Positions 17,380 to 32,076 of a stretch of DNA of 64,000 nt are shown in pieces. Position 1 is the first letter of the stretch, and every line of letters begins with the position of its first letter. The notes under the pieces are model-generated. The model worked only from the letters and a program-made list of their open reading frames with translations. It ran no database searches and had not been told where the DNA came from. The stretch covers positions 257,948 to 321,947 of the forward strand of contig NIVC01000981.1 of NCBI GenBank assembly GCA_002269645.1. The letters run 5' to 3'. The DNA comes from Macrostomum lignano. Its lineage: Eukaryota. The position numbers and the translations under genes were made by a program.

Positions 17380-18055
17380 AGCACCCTGAAGTATAGAATA
17401 CAGCATCCTGAAGTGTAGGTTACAGCACCCTGAAGTGTAGGTTACAGCACCCTGAAGTGTAGGTTACAGCACCCTGAAGTGTAGGTTACAGCACCCTGAA
17501 GTGTAGGTTACAGCACCCTGAAGTGTAGGTTACAGCACCCTGAAGTGTAGGTTACAGCATCCTGAAGTGTAGGTTACAGCACCCTGAAGTGTAGGTTACA
17601 GCACCCTGAAGTGTAGGTTACAGCACCCTGAAGTGTAGGTTACAGCATCCTGAAGTGTAGGTTACAGTATTATGAAGTATAGGTTAAAGCATCCTGAAGT
17701 GTAAGTTACAACGTCCTGAAGTGTAGGTTACAACATTCTGAAGTGTAGGTTACAGCATCCTGAAGTGTAGGTTACAGTATCATGAAGTGTAGGTTACAGT
17801 TTCATGAAGTGCAGGTTACAGTATCCTGAAGTGTAGGTTACAGCATCCTGAAGTGTAGGTTACAGTATCATGAAGTGTAGGTTACAGTTTCATGAAGTGC
17901 AGGTTACAGTATCATGAAGTGTAGGTTACAGCATCCTGAAGTGTAGGTTACAGCATCCTGAAGTGTAGGTTACAGTATCATGAAGTGTAGGTTACAGTTT
18001 CATGAAGTGCAGGTTACAGTATCCTGAAGTGTAGGTTACAACACACTGAAGTTTA
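17380..18055. repeat. 22-bp minisatellite TGAAGTGTAGGTTACAGCACCC
   Basis: About 30 units, more diverged toward the 3' end. Confidence 0.97.
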
Positions 18056-18704
18056 GGCTTCCTGAAGCATCGGAGAGCAGTTCAAGGCTTCAGAAAACAC
18101 AGGCATCCTGCTGCTTGATGCATGCGTTTCAACATTATGTAAGGCATCATAAAACACTGTGCTCAGCTCGCATCCCATCTGTCAATCCTCCGGACAGCCC
18201 CAATTTGTTTGTTTAGCTAACTATTAAAACTGGCGATCCAATATGAATTAAGTGATGTCGCATGACTCTGGAGGCTGGTGCTGAATAGCCAATGGCGACC
18301 TTTACTCGATTCGAGCTTGTTTACCAACTCATCAAACTACCTCATCCTACCATCCAGACCCACAAACGAGTTTAGGGGGATAAAACTCCCCCTTCCTCCC
18401 AAAAAAACTGCTGCTGTCAATCAAGCGACTATAATTCGATTTCAAACTATGCTCGCTCGCTTAAGCAAAAAATTTTAATCCATAATCATAAAGGAGCAAG
18501 AACTAACTTGCTTTTATTTTATTCAAATTAGGCTTTCATTTTTGGTTCAGTCACGGTGTATTGGATGTTAAACTTGCACAAGTTATAAAGATATAAGTTA
18601 ATCGACTGTTGAAGGATTTGACACCCAATACCCGTACTTGATGAAAATATGATCGCCATGTTCTAATCACATACACAGAATTCATCATTTCTCATCAGTT
18701 CATC

Positions 18705-19832
18705 TGGCATCTCTCTTCTCTCTTCTGACTCTCTCCTCTCTTCTCTCCCCCCTCCCATTGCTCTCTCCTCTCTCCTTTCTCCCTCCCCCCTCTCCCTCCC
18801 CTCTCTCCACTCTCCTCTCTTCTCTCTCCTCTCTCCTCTCCTTTCTCTCCTTTCTCCGTCTCCCGGCTCCCTCTCCTTTTTCCTCTCTCCCTCTCACCTC
18901 TCCCCTCTCCTCTCTCCTCTCTCTTCTCTCCTCTCTCCTCTCCCCTCTCTCCTTTCTCCCTCTCCCCTCTCCTCTCTCCTCTCTCCCTCTCTCCCTCTCC
19001 TCTCTCCTCTCTCCTCTCCCCTCTCTCCTTTCTCCCTCTCCCCTCTCCTCTCTCCTCTCTCCCTCTCTCCCTCTCCTCTCTCCTCTCTCCCCTCTCCCCT
19101 CTCCTCTCTCCCTCTCCCCTCTCCTCTCTCCTCTCTCCTCTCTCCTCTCTCCTCTCTCCTCTCTCCCCTCTCCCCTCTCCTCTCTCCCTCTCTCCCTCTC
19201 CTCTCTCCTCTCTCCCTCTCCCCTCTCCTCTCTCCCTCTCCCCTCTCCTCTCTCCTCTCTCCTCTCTCCTCTCTCCTCTCTCCCTCTCTCCCTCTCCTCT
19301 CTCCTCTCTCCCCTCTCCCCTCTCCTCTCTCCCTCTCCCCTCTCCTCTCTCCTCTCCCCTCTCTCCTTTCTCCCTCTCCCCTCTCCTCTCTCCTCTCTCC
19401 CTCTCTCCCTCTCCTCTCTCCTCTCTCCTCTCCCCTCTCTCCTTTCTCCCTCTCCCCTCTCCTCTCTCCTCTCTCCCTCTCCCCTCTCCTCTCTCCTCTC
19501 TCCCCTCTCCCCTCTCCTCTCTCCCTCTCCCCTCTCCTCTCTCCTCTCTCCTCTCTCCTTTCTCCCTCTCCCCTCTCCTCTCTCCTCTCTCCTCTCTACT
19601 CTCTCCTCTCTCCTCTCTCCTCTCTTCTCTCTCCTCTCTCCTCTCTCCTCTCTCCTCTCTCCTCTCTCCTCTCTCCTCTCTACTCTCTCCCTCTCCTCTC
19701 TCCTCTCTCCCCTCTCCCCTCTCCTCTCTCCCTCTCTCCCTCTCCCCTCTCCTCTCTCCTCTCTCCTCTCTACTCTCTCCTCTCTCCTCTCTACTCTCTC
19801 CCCTCTCCTCTCTACTCTCTCCTCTCTCCTCG
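18705..19832. repeat. CT-rich low-complexity tract
   Basis: Almost pure pyrimidine. Confidence 0.97.
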
Positions 19833-20320
19833 TCTCTGTTTAAGGCAGCAAAATACCTTAAAAATTAAAAACAAAAAACAAAAAATTAGTTGATTGAGTT
19901 TCATTGAATAATTGAAAAAGTAAATTCAATTCAGACCGCAAATAGTCTTACAATAACGACATTCTCGCTGATAAGTTAATAAGGTCACCAAACTTTATCC
20001 AGGATTGCTTTTTATCTGCTTGACAAACTGCCGCATCACGCCAGAGTTTGGTTTTGCTGACTTGGTCATATTTCACAGCATAGAATACAGATAATTGAAA
20101 GGGAAGCGGAGCCCATGGGTTTTTTCTGGTTGACTTGAGCAAAGTTTGCTTACATATCGAGGCTCCGCCCCCCGGCGGGAAGGCCGGGACCTTGAAATAT
20201 GAATGGGGAGTGAAGACTGTGTGAGTCACGAGTCCAAGACAAGAAAAAACAGCTCGACGGGCATTGCTCAAGTATGCAGACTCGTCTGCTCCTGGGTATC
20301 GTCTTAAATGCTTTATCATA

Positions 20321-22850
20321 CCCTCCAGTTCATCCTCTCTTCTACCCTCCAGTTCACCTTCTCTTCTACCCTCCAGTTCATCCTCTCTTCTACCCTCCAG
20401 TTCACCCTCTCTTCTACCCCTCCAGTTCACCCTCTCTTCTACCCTGCAGTTCATCCTCTCTTCTACCCTCCAGTTCACCCTCTCTTCTACCCTCCAGTTC
20501 ACCCTCTCTTCTATCCTCCAGTTCACCCTCTCTTCTACCCTCCAGTTCACCCTCTCTTCTACCCTCCAGTTCACCCTCTCCTCTACCCTCCAGTTCACCC
20601 TCTCTTCTATCCTCCAGTTCACCCTCTCTTCTACCCTCCAGTTCATCCTCTCTTCTACCCTCCAGTTCACCCTCTCTTCTACCCCTCCAGTTCATCCTCT
20701 CTTCTACCCTCCAGTTCATCCTCTCTTCTACCCTCCAGATCATCCTCTCCTCTACCCTCCAGTTCACCCTCTCTTCTACCCTCCACTTCACCCTCTCCTC
20801 TACCCTCCAGATCATCCTCTCCTCTACCCTCCAGTTCACCCTCTCTTCTACCCTCCACTTCACCCTCTCTTCTACCCTCCACTTCACCCTCTCTTCTACC
20901 CTCCAGTTCATCCTCTCTTCTATCCTCCAGTTCACCCTGTCTTCTATGCTCCAGTTCATCCTCTCTTCTACCCTCCAGTTCACCCTCTCTTCTACCCTCC
21001 AGATCATCCTCTCCTCTACCCTCCAGTTCACCCTCTCTTCTACCCTCCACTTCACCCTCTCCTCTACCCTCCAGTTCACCCTCTCTTCTACCCTCCACTT
21101 CACCCTCTCCTCTACCCTCCAGTTCACCCTCTCTTCTACCCTCCAGTTCACCCTCTCTTCTACCCTCCAGTTCACCCTCTCTTCTACCCTCCAGTTCATC
21201 CTCTCTTCTACCCTCCAGTTCACCCTCTCTTCTACCCTCCAGATCACCCTCTCTTCTGCCCTCCAGTTCACCCTCTCTTCTACCCTCCAGATCACCCTCT
21301 CTTCTACCCTCCAGATCACCCTCTCTTCTACCCTCCAGTTCACCCTCTCTTCTACCCTCCAGATCACCCTCTCTTCTGCCCTCCAGTTCATCCTCTCTTC
21401 TACCCTCCAGTTCACCCTCTCTTCTACCCACCAGCTCATCCTCTCTTCTACCCTCCAGTTCACCCTCTCTTCTACCCTCCAGTTCATCCTCTCTTCTACC
21501 CTGCATTTCACCCTCTCTTCTACCCTCCAGTTCACCCTCTCCTCTACCCTCCAGTTCACCTTCTCTTCTACCCACCAGCTCATCCTCTCTTCTACCCTCC
21601 AGTTCACCCTCTCCTCTACCCTCCAGTTCACCCTCTCTTCTACCCTCCAGTTCATCCTCTCTTCTACCCTCCAGTTCACCCTCTCTTCTACCCCTCCAGT
21701 TCACCCTCTCTTCTACCCTGCAGTTCATCCTCTCTTCTACCCTCCAGTTCACCCTCTCTTCTACCCTCCAGTTCACCCTCTCTTCTATCCTCCAGTTCAC
21801 CGTCTCTTCTACCCTCCAGTTCACGCTCTCTTCTACCCTCCAGTTCACCCTCTCTTCTACCCTCCAGTTCACCCTCTCTTCTATCCTCCAGTTCACCCTG
21901 TCTTCTATGCTCCAGTTCATCCTCTCTTCTACCCTCCAGTTCACCCTCTCTTCTACCCTCCAGTTCATCCTCTCTTCTACCCTCCAGTTCATCCTCTCTT
22001 CTACCCTCCAGAACATCCTCTCCTCTACCCTCCAGTTCACCCTCTCTTCTACCCTCCACTTCACCCTCTCCTCTACCCTCCAGTTCACCCTCTCTTCTAC
22101 CCTCCAGTTCATCCTCTCTTCTACCCTCCAGTTCACCCTCTCTTCTACCCTCCAGTTCATCCTCTCTTCTACCCTCCAGTTCACCCTCTCTTCTACCCTC
22201 CAGATCACCCTCTCTTCTGCCCTCCAGTTCACCCTCTCTTCTACCCTCCAGATCACCCTCTCTTCTACCCTCCAGATCACCCTCTCTTCTACCCTCCAGT
22301 TCACCCTCTCTTCTACCCTCCAGATCACCCTCTCTTCTGCCCTCCAGTTCATCCTCTCTTCTACCCTCCAGTTCACCCTCTCTTCTACTCCCCGGCTCAT
22401 CCTCTCTTCTGCCCTCCAGTTCATCCTCTCTTCTACCCTCCAGTTCATCCTCTCTTCTACCCACCAGCTCATCCTCTCTTCTACCCTCCAGTTCACCCTC
22501 TCTTCTACCCTCCAGTTCATTCTCTCTTCTACCCTGCATTTCACCCTCTCTTCTACCCTCCAGTTCACCCTCTCCTCTACCCTCCAGTTCACCCTCTCTT
22601 CTACCCACCAGCTCATCCTCTCTTCTACCCTCCAGTTCACCCTCTCCTCTACCCTCCAGTTCACCCTCTCTTCTACCCTCCAGTTCACCCTCTCTTCTAC
22701 CCTCCAGTTCAACCTCTCTTCTATCCTCCAGTTCACCCTCTCCTCTACCCTCCAGTTCACCCTCTCTTCTACCCTCCAGTTCACCCTCTCTTCTACCCTC
22801 CAGTTCACCCTCTCTTCTACCCTCCAGTTCACCCTCTTTTTTACCCTCAA
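20321..22850. repeat. 24-bp minisatellite CCCTCCAGTTCACCCTCTCTTCTA
   Basis: About 100 units. Confidence 0.98.
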
Positions 22851-23460
22851 TTACAGCCCCCAACTCTAGTCTCACTGCCCACCTGCCCAGCAGACTCCGC
22901 CGGACACACAAAACCGCGCTACTCTGTTGGAGCCGCGGGCTGTTGCTCCAAATTCCCAGTCAGCAGACGGGCTTCGGGGAACAAACAGAGCTTCCCTGGA
23001 AATCAGGGTCGCGGGACCCCTATCGCTGCTTCTGTTTAGAACTTTGCCCCGTATTTGTTTTAATAACCATGCAGGTTAAGGCGACAGCTCAGTCTCTGCA
23101 CGGCTTTCGCTTTCAACCAAAACAAACTGGGAATCGCCCTGTATCGCACACGGATCTCAGTTTGACCTCTGTGACCCCTCTAACCCGATTCCATGTCCAA
23201 GGGTGTTATTCGCGCAATTTAGGAACACAATGGGTTCATATTGCGCAAGGCGTGTGTCATTGTTTGCTCCTGTGGGCATATTATTGCTGGCATAAAGTTG
23301 AGGAAATTTCAGAACTGGAAAAATGAGTAGAAAGAGAATATTTCTGTTTGCATGTTCAATAACTTGTTAAGGTGACTGAGCATAGCTGGCAAGGTGGCTG
23401 GGAAACCAACAAAATGTCACGCTTCTGATCACCTGCTTCACTGTGTGATAATTGGCCTGT

Positions 23461-23856
<396 letters not shown>

Positions 23857-24559
23857 TAATCTTAATGCCGCTTTTTTACTATTCCTCTTAACCGTTTGTT
23901 TGTCCAGAAAAAGCGAACCCGAGAAGCAATAAAAGAAAATAAAAAACACGGAAACGGCATTCGACTTTTGCCACTCAGTCGCAATGGCCAACATTCATTT
24001 TTAATCTATAGAGAAAAAAGCTGTCACACCCGCACGCCTCTGAGAGCCTCTCGCACGCTTTTTTCCTCGCAATGTTTTGTCTGTCGTTTAAAAAATTCTC
24101 GAGGATAAAATTCGCGGAGGATCAGAACAGGGATGGATCTTGGCCCTACCAAAGACCTTCTTTCCCCCCACAATATTTTTGGCCAGAGGATCTCTGGAGG
24201 CCAGATGCCACCCTCTGTCCCTCACTCTGTCGGTCATTTTTGTTGTGCTGGACCAGGAGGACTTGACGAGCGGCTGGTTCGCGTCGAGTGTCAACCGCCG
24301 CCATTAATGGGTGCCACTTTTCGCGCGTGCGTCTAATAGAGAGAGAGGGAGAGAGAGAGAGACCTACCTTTTCAGAGATTCTGTTCACGCGGGTTCGAGG
24401 GTTGGCAGAGGCCCGCATGAAGGGGGGGAGAATTTGGCGAGAAATTCCTGAATTGAGTGGCGATTTTCCGTGTCAGTTTAGCCATAGAATTAGCAGGATA
24501 AAAGTGTGAAATATGGCATTTTTAAGTGTGCAGGCGTGAACTTTGCGGCCACTTTAGCT

Positions 24560-25050
24560 GCTGCCTGCCTGTGTCTGTCTGCATGTGTCTGTCTGTCTGT
24601 AAGTGTCTGTTTGTGTCTGTTTGTCTGTCTGTCTGTCTGTTTTGTCTGTCTATGTGTCTGTTAATGTGTCTGTTTATGTGTCTGTCTGTATGAGCCTGTA
24701 AATATGTGTCTGTTTATGTCTGTCATTATGTGTCTGTGCCCTTCTGTATGTGTCTGTGCCTGTCTGTATGTGTCTGTGCCTGTCTGTATGTGTCTGTGCC
24801 TGTCTGTATGTGTCTGTGCCTGTCTGTTTGTGTCTGTGCCTGTCTGTATGTGTCTGTGTCTGTATGTATGTGTCTGTGGCTGTCTGTATGTGTCTGTGCC
24901 TGTCTGTTTGTGTCTGTGCCTGTCTGTATGTGTCTGTGTCTGTATGTATGTGTCTGTGGCTGTCTGTATGTGTCCATCTGCTTGTGCCTGTTGGTATGTT
25001 CCTGTCTGCTTGTGCTGTGTCTGTTTGTCTATCCGTCTGCCTGACTGTAT
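24560..25050. repeat. Degenerate TG/TCTG-based 20-bp repeat
   Basis: tgtctgtgcctgtctgtatg units. Confidence 0.9.
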
Positions 25051-25734
25051 CTGCTTATAATTATTTCACAAATGATTTGCCAGAATTTAAAATCTAAACC
25101 AAAAGACAAAAATAAAAATCAAGCAAGCCCAGTGAGTAAAGAAGTTTGGTTATTGGCTGCACAAGAACACCTGCTTGAAGTGCTTTGTTGATAAAAATCG
25201 CCTTCAATCCGTATCCGTAGTGTCCGGGCCTCTCCAAGTATGGCTAAAGTGGCCCCTCAAGACTGTAATTCACACGGCCGTTTCGTAATTGTTCCAATTT
25301 TGCAATGCCTAATTGGCCGTCATGCATCTATCTGTGCGTTCAGCCTATGGATTGGCTGTGATGCAATCGAGAATTTTCTTTTCTGTCTTCTGTTTGCCTC
25401 GGGGCAAAATCCAAGGGGTAAAACTTCTGAACAATCGCCATTTTTCTTCGCAGCTGTTGCTGCTACGGTCCGAGAGGATAGGGTTCTTGGGATCAGATCT
25501 CAGCTGAAGCCACCAGCTGCTTGCTTTTTCTACTAGAGGAAAGAAACTGCAATTTGATTCTCTAAAGCAATAAGATTTCGCTATTCACGCCTTGGAAATC
25601 TCTGGAATTCGCTATTTTTGGGAGTTACGAGCGTAGTTTAAATCGTTACTCGTCCGCTTCTCAGCTCGGTTGTGCTGCGTAAATTTCTTTAGCTTTGGCC
25701 ACGCATGTTCCACATATGCTTCTGCCTGCTCTAC

Positions 25735-26236
25735 TCTCTCCTCTCCTCTCTTCTCTCTTCTTCTCTTAACTAATTCTGGTCTCTCCTCTCTCCTCTCTCC
25801 TCTCTCCTCACTCCTCTCTCCTCTCTCCTCTCTCCTCTCTCCTCTCTCGTCTCTCCTTTCTCATCTCTCCTCACTCCTCTCTCGTCTCTCCTCACTCCTC
25901 TCTCCTCTCTCCTCTCTCGTCTCTCCTCTCTCCTCTCTCCTCTCTCCTCTCTCCTCTCTCCTCTCTCCTCCTCTCTCCTCTCTTTACTCTCCTCTCTCCT
26001 CTCTCCTCTCTCCTCACTCCTCTCTCGTCTCTCCTCTCTCCTCTCTCCTCTCTCGTCTCTCCTCTCTCCTCTCTCCTCTCTTTACTCTCCTCTCTCCTCT
26101 CTCCTCTCTCCTCACTCCTCTCTCCTCTCTTTACTCTCCTCTCTCTTCTCTCCTCTTCCTCTCCCTTGTCTTCACTCTCAGTTATCATCATCATCATCAT
26201 CATCATCATCACCATCACCATCACCATCATCATCAG

Positions 26237-26325
<89 letters not shown>

Positions 26326-26355
26326 GCACCATCATCAGCAGCTGCAGCAGCAGCA
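25735..26355. repeat. (CTCTCCT)n followed by (CAT)n/(CAG)n
   Basis: Direct inspection. Confidence 0.96.
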
Positions 26356-26914
26356 GTCACTCAGCAACACCACAGCTTGATTGCGCCAGCAGCCATGCAG
26401 ATAGCAATCTCAGTGATGAAGTATCACCAGAAAAATTAATGGAATCGCGTGTGTCGCCCAGGGGGCCGCCCGCTGATCTGTTTGGAAGCCTAGTAAACTC
26501 TCTTTAAACAGCCAATTTTAGTTTACGGTTGAAACTGATTCTGTATCAACATTGTTAATGTTCAGTCCTACAGTTCGTTTCAGCTCTAGAACTTTGCCCT
26601 AGCAACCAGATTCCGAATCCCCAATAGAGGATTGCGCCACACTTCAAGACTCGGCAATAGTTGATAAGCTGGAAATTCCCCACTACTCCCAGTTAAAGCA
26701 AATTCACCCATCCAAGTAAGACCGTGTGTTTGAACAATTTTGTTTCAAAACAAAATAGCTGAGATTCCTAAACACTATGTGGCCACAATGGGGTGTCTGA
26801 TGGGCCGTTTGCGATGGCAGAACTTCTGTGACTGCATGACATCCGTCTGCTGCTCTCGAACTGCTGTTGCTGCTGCGTAGCTGCAGATGGCCGACTTCTG
26901 TCTCCTGAGATTCC

Positions 26915-27605
26915 CTTCAGTCTCACCCTTCAGTCTCTCCCTTCATTCTCTCCCTTCATTCTCTCCCTTCATTCTCTCCCTTCATTCTCTCCCTTCACCA
27001 TCTCTCTTCATTCTCTCCCTTCATTCTCTCCCTTCATTCTCTCCCTTCATTCTCTCCCTTCATTCTCTCTTCATTCTCTCCCTTCATTCTCTCCTTTCAT
27101 TCTCTCCCTTCATTCTCTCCCTTCACTATCTCTCTTTATTCTCTCCCTTCATTCTCTCCCTTCATTCTCTCCCTTCATTCTCTCCCTTCATTCTCCCCCT
27201 TCACTATCTCCCTTCACTATCTCCCTTCATTCTCTTCCTTTAGTCTCTTCCTTCAGTCTCTCTCTTCATTCTCCCTTTATTCTCTCCCTTCATTCTATCC
27301 CTTCTTTCTGTCCCTCCAGTCTCTCTCTCTCTATTCATTCTCTCCCTTCATATCTCCCTTCAGTCTCCTTCAGTCTCTCTCCCTTCATTCTCTCCCTTCA
27401 TTCTCTCCCTTCATTCTTTCCCTTCATTGTCTTCCTCCAGTCTCACTCCCTTCATTCTCCACTTCATTCTCTCCCTTCATTCTCTCCCTCCAGTCTCTCT
27501 CCCTTCATTCTCTCTCCCTTCAGTCTCTCTCCCTTCATTCTCTCTCCCTTCATTCTCTCTCCCTTCATTCTCTCTCCCTTCATTCTCTCCCTTCATTCTC
27601 TCCTT
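26915..27605. repeat. 12-13-bp TTCATTCTCTCCC repeat, block 1
   Basis: Direct inspection. Confidence 0.93.
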
Positions 27606-28328
27606 CCTTTTTCCCCTTAATTCTCGCCTTTCATTTTCTTTCTCAATCCTCTCACTTCATTTGCTCTATATTCAGTTTTTTCTGTCCATATCTATTCAAA
27701 GACTCCAGCAGCAGAATTTCAATATGCCGGGTGTTTATTTGGCCAAGGGAACTCCAGCACCTAGCAGTTCCAGATTGAATCTCTGGCACGCCGCATGCAG
27801 TAGTGGGACTGATTCTAACGGGATTAACTCAGACACTCTTCGGGGCGATGTCCCTAAGTCGTAAGTCAACTGTCAGACAATGGGAAATCCTATTGAACCA
27901 AAAATAAACGGTATTACTGACACAAAATTCCTTCTGCGGTTAGCTTGCGATAATCTCCCCGAAAGAGGGGCCAGCGTACGAGTTAAAATGGCTGGATTTG
28001 GGAAGGGATTAGCACTGGAGGATTAACAATGAGCTGCGATTGCGTCACAGTTCTGAAGACAGACAGACAGAAGATACTTCACCAGATCATGCAGAAGTCA
28101 CTGCTGACAAAAGAGTAATTTATTTTGCTTCATTGTGCTGGCTTTGTCTGGAGTGAATCGCTTTTTTGCTAGAAAGCTGCATCCGAAAGTCAGGGTTACA
28201 GAGACACTCAGGTCAGATCGATGTCCGGGATTCAAGTCGCCGATCCTTGGCGCAAGAGCCATGGATATTGTATCTGGAAACAGGGGAAACCTTCTTCCTG
28301 GTCTTGCCGCTGACCCCTGAGCTCGCAC

Positions 28329-28628
28329 ACGCTCACACAGGGTGTACACTGCTCACACAGGGTGTACACTGCTCACACAGGGTGTACACTGCTCACACAG
28401 GGTGTACACTGCTCACACAGGGTGTACACTGCTCACACAGGGTGTACACTGCTCACACAGGGTGTACACTGCTCACACAGGGTGTACACTGCTCACACAG
28501 GGTGTACACTGCTCACACAGGGTGTACACTGCTCACACAGGGTGTACACTGCTCACACAGGGCGTACACTGCTCACACAGGGTGTACACTGCTCACACAG
28601 GGTGTACACTGCTCACACCGGGCGTACA
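28329..28628. repeat. 20-bp minisatellite GCTCACACAGGGTGTACACT
   Basis: About 15 units, embedded in a dispersed repeat also seen at about 42110-42215. Confidence 0.96.
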
Positions 28629-29309
28629 GTGGCCCTGACTTTCTAATCGTCAGGCATCTACACTGTCTGTGCCTTGGGAGTTGGCCCAAATGGCTGTGAA
28701 TTGCCTGACAACCCCCTGGTTAATTTTCGCGCATATAAGCCCCAAATGAACCGGAACCAAATCAAAGTACAGAGAGTCTACATTGCTTGCCATTGATCGT
28801 GTGTGATCGTGTATGCGTACAGTGTTGGCGCACTAGTGTTGTACTCAGGAGTCAGCGGAATGGACGAACAATGGAATTTGATGAATTTTTTGCAGTGCTG
28901 TCCAAATCCGGATCTCTAACTCTAGCGGTCCATGGCCTGACCCCAATCCATATTCCTAGCGCAGTTGTTTTTTAGTCTTTACGCTGTCAGATTTATCTTG
29001 AGTGTCCGATCGCACAACCGTCAGCTACACAGTCGGCCTGACCTCGCCTAGCGGAACCACTCAAAAGGGGAACTGGACTGATGAAGCTTATTGATATGAG
29101 AACTTGTCCAAGCAATTTTCCCAACTGTCTGCTGGTATCGCTCTCATCTGGGAGCGGCTTCTGGGTCAGCCTCCGTTCGAGCTTTCTTGTGTCGCAATGG
29201 CTTCTTTGTGAAGTTTTACAAGCGATTGATTTAAAAAATTCGGGTATTGACCACTGCAGAGTCAGGGTCGGTGTGCTCAGCAATCCAGCGCTGCTTTCAC
29301 TGATTTACT

Positions 29310-30705
29310 GTCTCCCTTCATTCTCCCTCTTCATTCTCCCTCTTCATTCTCCCTCTTCATTCTCTCTCTTCATTCTCCCTCTTCATTCTCTCCCTTCATT
29401 CTCTCCCTTCATTCTTCCTCTTCATTCTCTCCCTTCATTCTCTCCCTTCATTCTCTCCCTTCATTCTTCCTCTTCATTCTCTCCCTTCATTCTCTCCCTT
29501 CATTCTCCCTCTTCATTCTCTCCCTTCATTCTCTTCCTTCATTCTCTCCCTTCATTCTCCCTCTTCATTCTCTCCCTTCATTCTCTTCCTTCATTCTCTC
29601 CCTTCATTCTCCCTCTTCATTCTCTCCCTTCATTCTCCCTCTTCATTCTCTCCCTTCATTCTCTCTCTTCATTCTCCCTCTTCATTCTCTCCTTCATTCT
29701 CTTCCTTCATTCTCTCCCTTCATTCTCTCCTTCATTTTCCCCCTTCATTCTCTCCCTTCATTCTCTTCCTTCATTCTCTCCCTGCATTCTCTCCTTCATT
29801 CTCCCTCTTCATTCTCTCCCTTCATTCTCTTCCTTCATTCTCTCCCTTCATTCTCTCCTTCATTTTCCCCCTTCATTCTCTCCCTTCATTCTCTTCCTTC
29901 ATTCTCCCTCTTCATTCTCTCCCTTCATTCTCTCCCTTCATTCTCCCTCTTCATTCTCTCCCTTCATTCTCTTCCTTCATTCTCTCCCTTCATTCTCTCC
30001 TTCATTTTCCCCCTTCATTCTCTCCCTTCATTCTCTCTCTTCATTCTCCCTCTTCATTCTCTCCTTCATTTTCCCCCTTCATTCTCTCCCTTCATTCTCT
30101 CTCTTCATTCTCCCTCTTCATTCTCTCCTTCATTTTCCCCCTTCATTCTCTCCCTTCATTCTCTCCCTTCATTCTCCCTCTTCATTCTCTCCTTCATTTT
30201 CCCCCTTCATTCTCTCCCTTCATTCTCCCTCTTCATTCTCTCCCTTCATTCTCCCTCTTCATTCTCTCCTTCATTTTCCCCCTTCATTCTCTCCCTTCAT
30301 TCTCTCCCTTCATTCTCCCTCTTCATTCTCTCCCTTCATTCTCTCCCTTCATTCTCTCCCTTCATTCTCTCCCTTCATTCTCTTTCTTCATTCTCTTTCT
30401 TCATTCTCTCCCTTCATTCTCTCCCTTCTCTATCTGCCTTCATTCTCCCTCTTCATTCTCTCCCTTCATTCTCCCTCTTCATTCTCTCCCTTCATTATCT
30501 CCCTTTATTCTCTCCCTTCTTTCTCTCCTTTCATTCACTCCCTTCATTCTCTCCCTTCATTCTCTTCCTTCATTCTCTCCCTTCATTCTCTCCCTTCATT
30601 ATTTGCCTCTCCATTCTCTCTCTTCATTCTCTACCTTTATTCTCTCCCTTCATTCTCTCCCTTCTTTCTATCCCTTCATTCTCTCCCTTCATTCTCTCCC
30701 TTCAT
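29310..30705. repeat. 12-13-bp TTCATTCTCTCCC repeat, block 2
   Basis: Same unit as 26915-27605. Confidence 0.95.
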
Positions 30706-31154
30706 TTGGCAGTCGGGTGTCAGTAGCTGCCAAGCTGCAAGCCCCAATCCAGATCAAAGCGGACCTACTAATCGCCAGCAGTAGAACAAAGACCCGGAGA
30801 ACTGGCAACTCTTGGAAGTCAGCCAGGAACTCCGCCTTGTCAGTCACGAACTGGAGGTTGAGTCGCTAAGCCTAGTCATTTAGCAGCTTTAGTGGAGGTG
30901 GGGCACTGCCATTTATCAGAGCGTGATGGTGGAGCATTGGTCACAGCGGGAGATAGCGAACGAGACGTTACTGCAGTTCGACTCCGGTAGAAACTATTTT
31001 AGTCTGTACAGACCGAATATACAGACAGGGATTGCTAACCTGCAGTTTGCGTGCCTCCATTGCGTCACCCGACTTGATAGAGTGGAAGGAGAGAGGGGAC
31101 GGGGAAGGCAGGTGTTGGGGAAGGGAGCTAAGATGGGTCACCTGTCAAATTTAT

Positions 31155-31728
31155 GTAATTCTCCCTGTCACTCAGCTTGTCACTCCGTCTGTCACACTGT
31201 CTGTTATTCTCCCTGTCACTCCGTCTGTCACACTGTCTGTTATTCTCCCTGTCACTCAGCTTGTCACACTGTCTGTTATTCTCCCTGTCACTCAGCTTGT
31301 CACACTGTCTGTTATTCTCCCTGCCACTCAGTCTGTCACACTGTCTGTTATTCTCCCTGTCACTCAGTCTGTCACACTGTCTGTTATTCTCCCTGTCACT
31401 CAGTCTGTCACACTTTCTGTTATTCTCCCTGCCACTCAGTCTGTCACACTGTCTGTTATTCTCCCTGTCACTCAGTCTGTCACACTGTCTGTTATTCTCC
31501 CTGCCACTCAGTCTGTCACACTGTCTGTTATTCTCCCTGCCACTCAGTCTGTCACACTGTCTGTTATTCTCCCTGTCACTCAGTCTGTCACACTCTCTGT
31601 TATTCTCCCTGTCACTCAGCTTGTCACACTGTCTGTTATTCTCCCTGTCACTCAGTCTGTCACACTTTCTGTTATTCTCCCTGTCACTCAGTCTGTCACA
31701 CTGCCTGTTATTCTCCCTGTCACTCCTT
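31155..31728. repeat. 36-bp minisatellite CTCCCTGTCACTCAGTCTGTCACACTGTCTGTTATT
   Basis: About 16 units. Confidence 0.96.
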
Positions 31729-32076
31729 CAAATATTTATAAGCCCAATAAGGGGTGCATTCATTTCGTTTACTAAGTCCATTACCCGCATATCATGCAGA
31801 CTTTGAGGGGCCGTGTGGGTGACCAATCAATTCTGCAGAGCTTTAACTCCACTGCAATTAACTTTTCCTCTGAGAAATAAAATTCCAGCAGCACTAATGA
31901 AAGCACAGGGCAGAAAAGAGCTTATTAAAGAGGCTGAGAACTGAGTTGAAAAAATGCTTTTGAGTTTTTAATTTCAAAGCTCCACTCCTGGGACTTTCGG
32001 ATTAGTGGCCAAAAAAAATTCGAGCTGAGAATTTTAAATGCTTGTAAGGCCGCTCTCGCTTGATTGAACCAACTGG

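Noticed and set aside
20154-20216. 63-nt candidate minus-strand exon (acceptor ctcacacag, donor gtaagc)
   Set aside because: Open in all three frames, an equally plausible plus-strand exon overlaps it, and there is no homology; needs RNA data
26166-26507. Poly-His/poly-Gln coding region as in a transcription factor
   Set aside because: The His frame is flanked by CT-repeat translation and stops soon after; this is a plain (CAT)n microsatellite
30705-31140. GC-rich unique island with a coding-like minus-strand frame (RLNLQFVTDKAEFLADFQELP)
   Set aside because: No convincing donor site or recognisable domain
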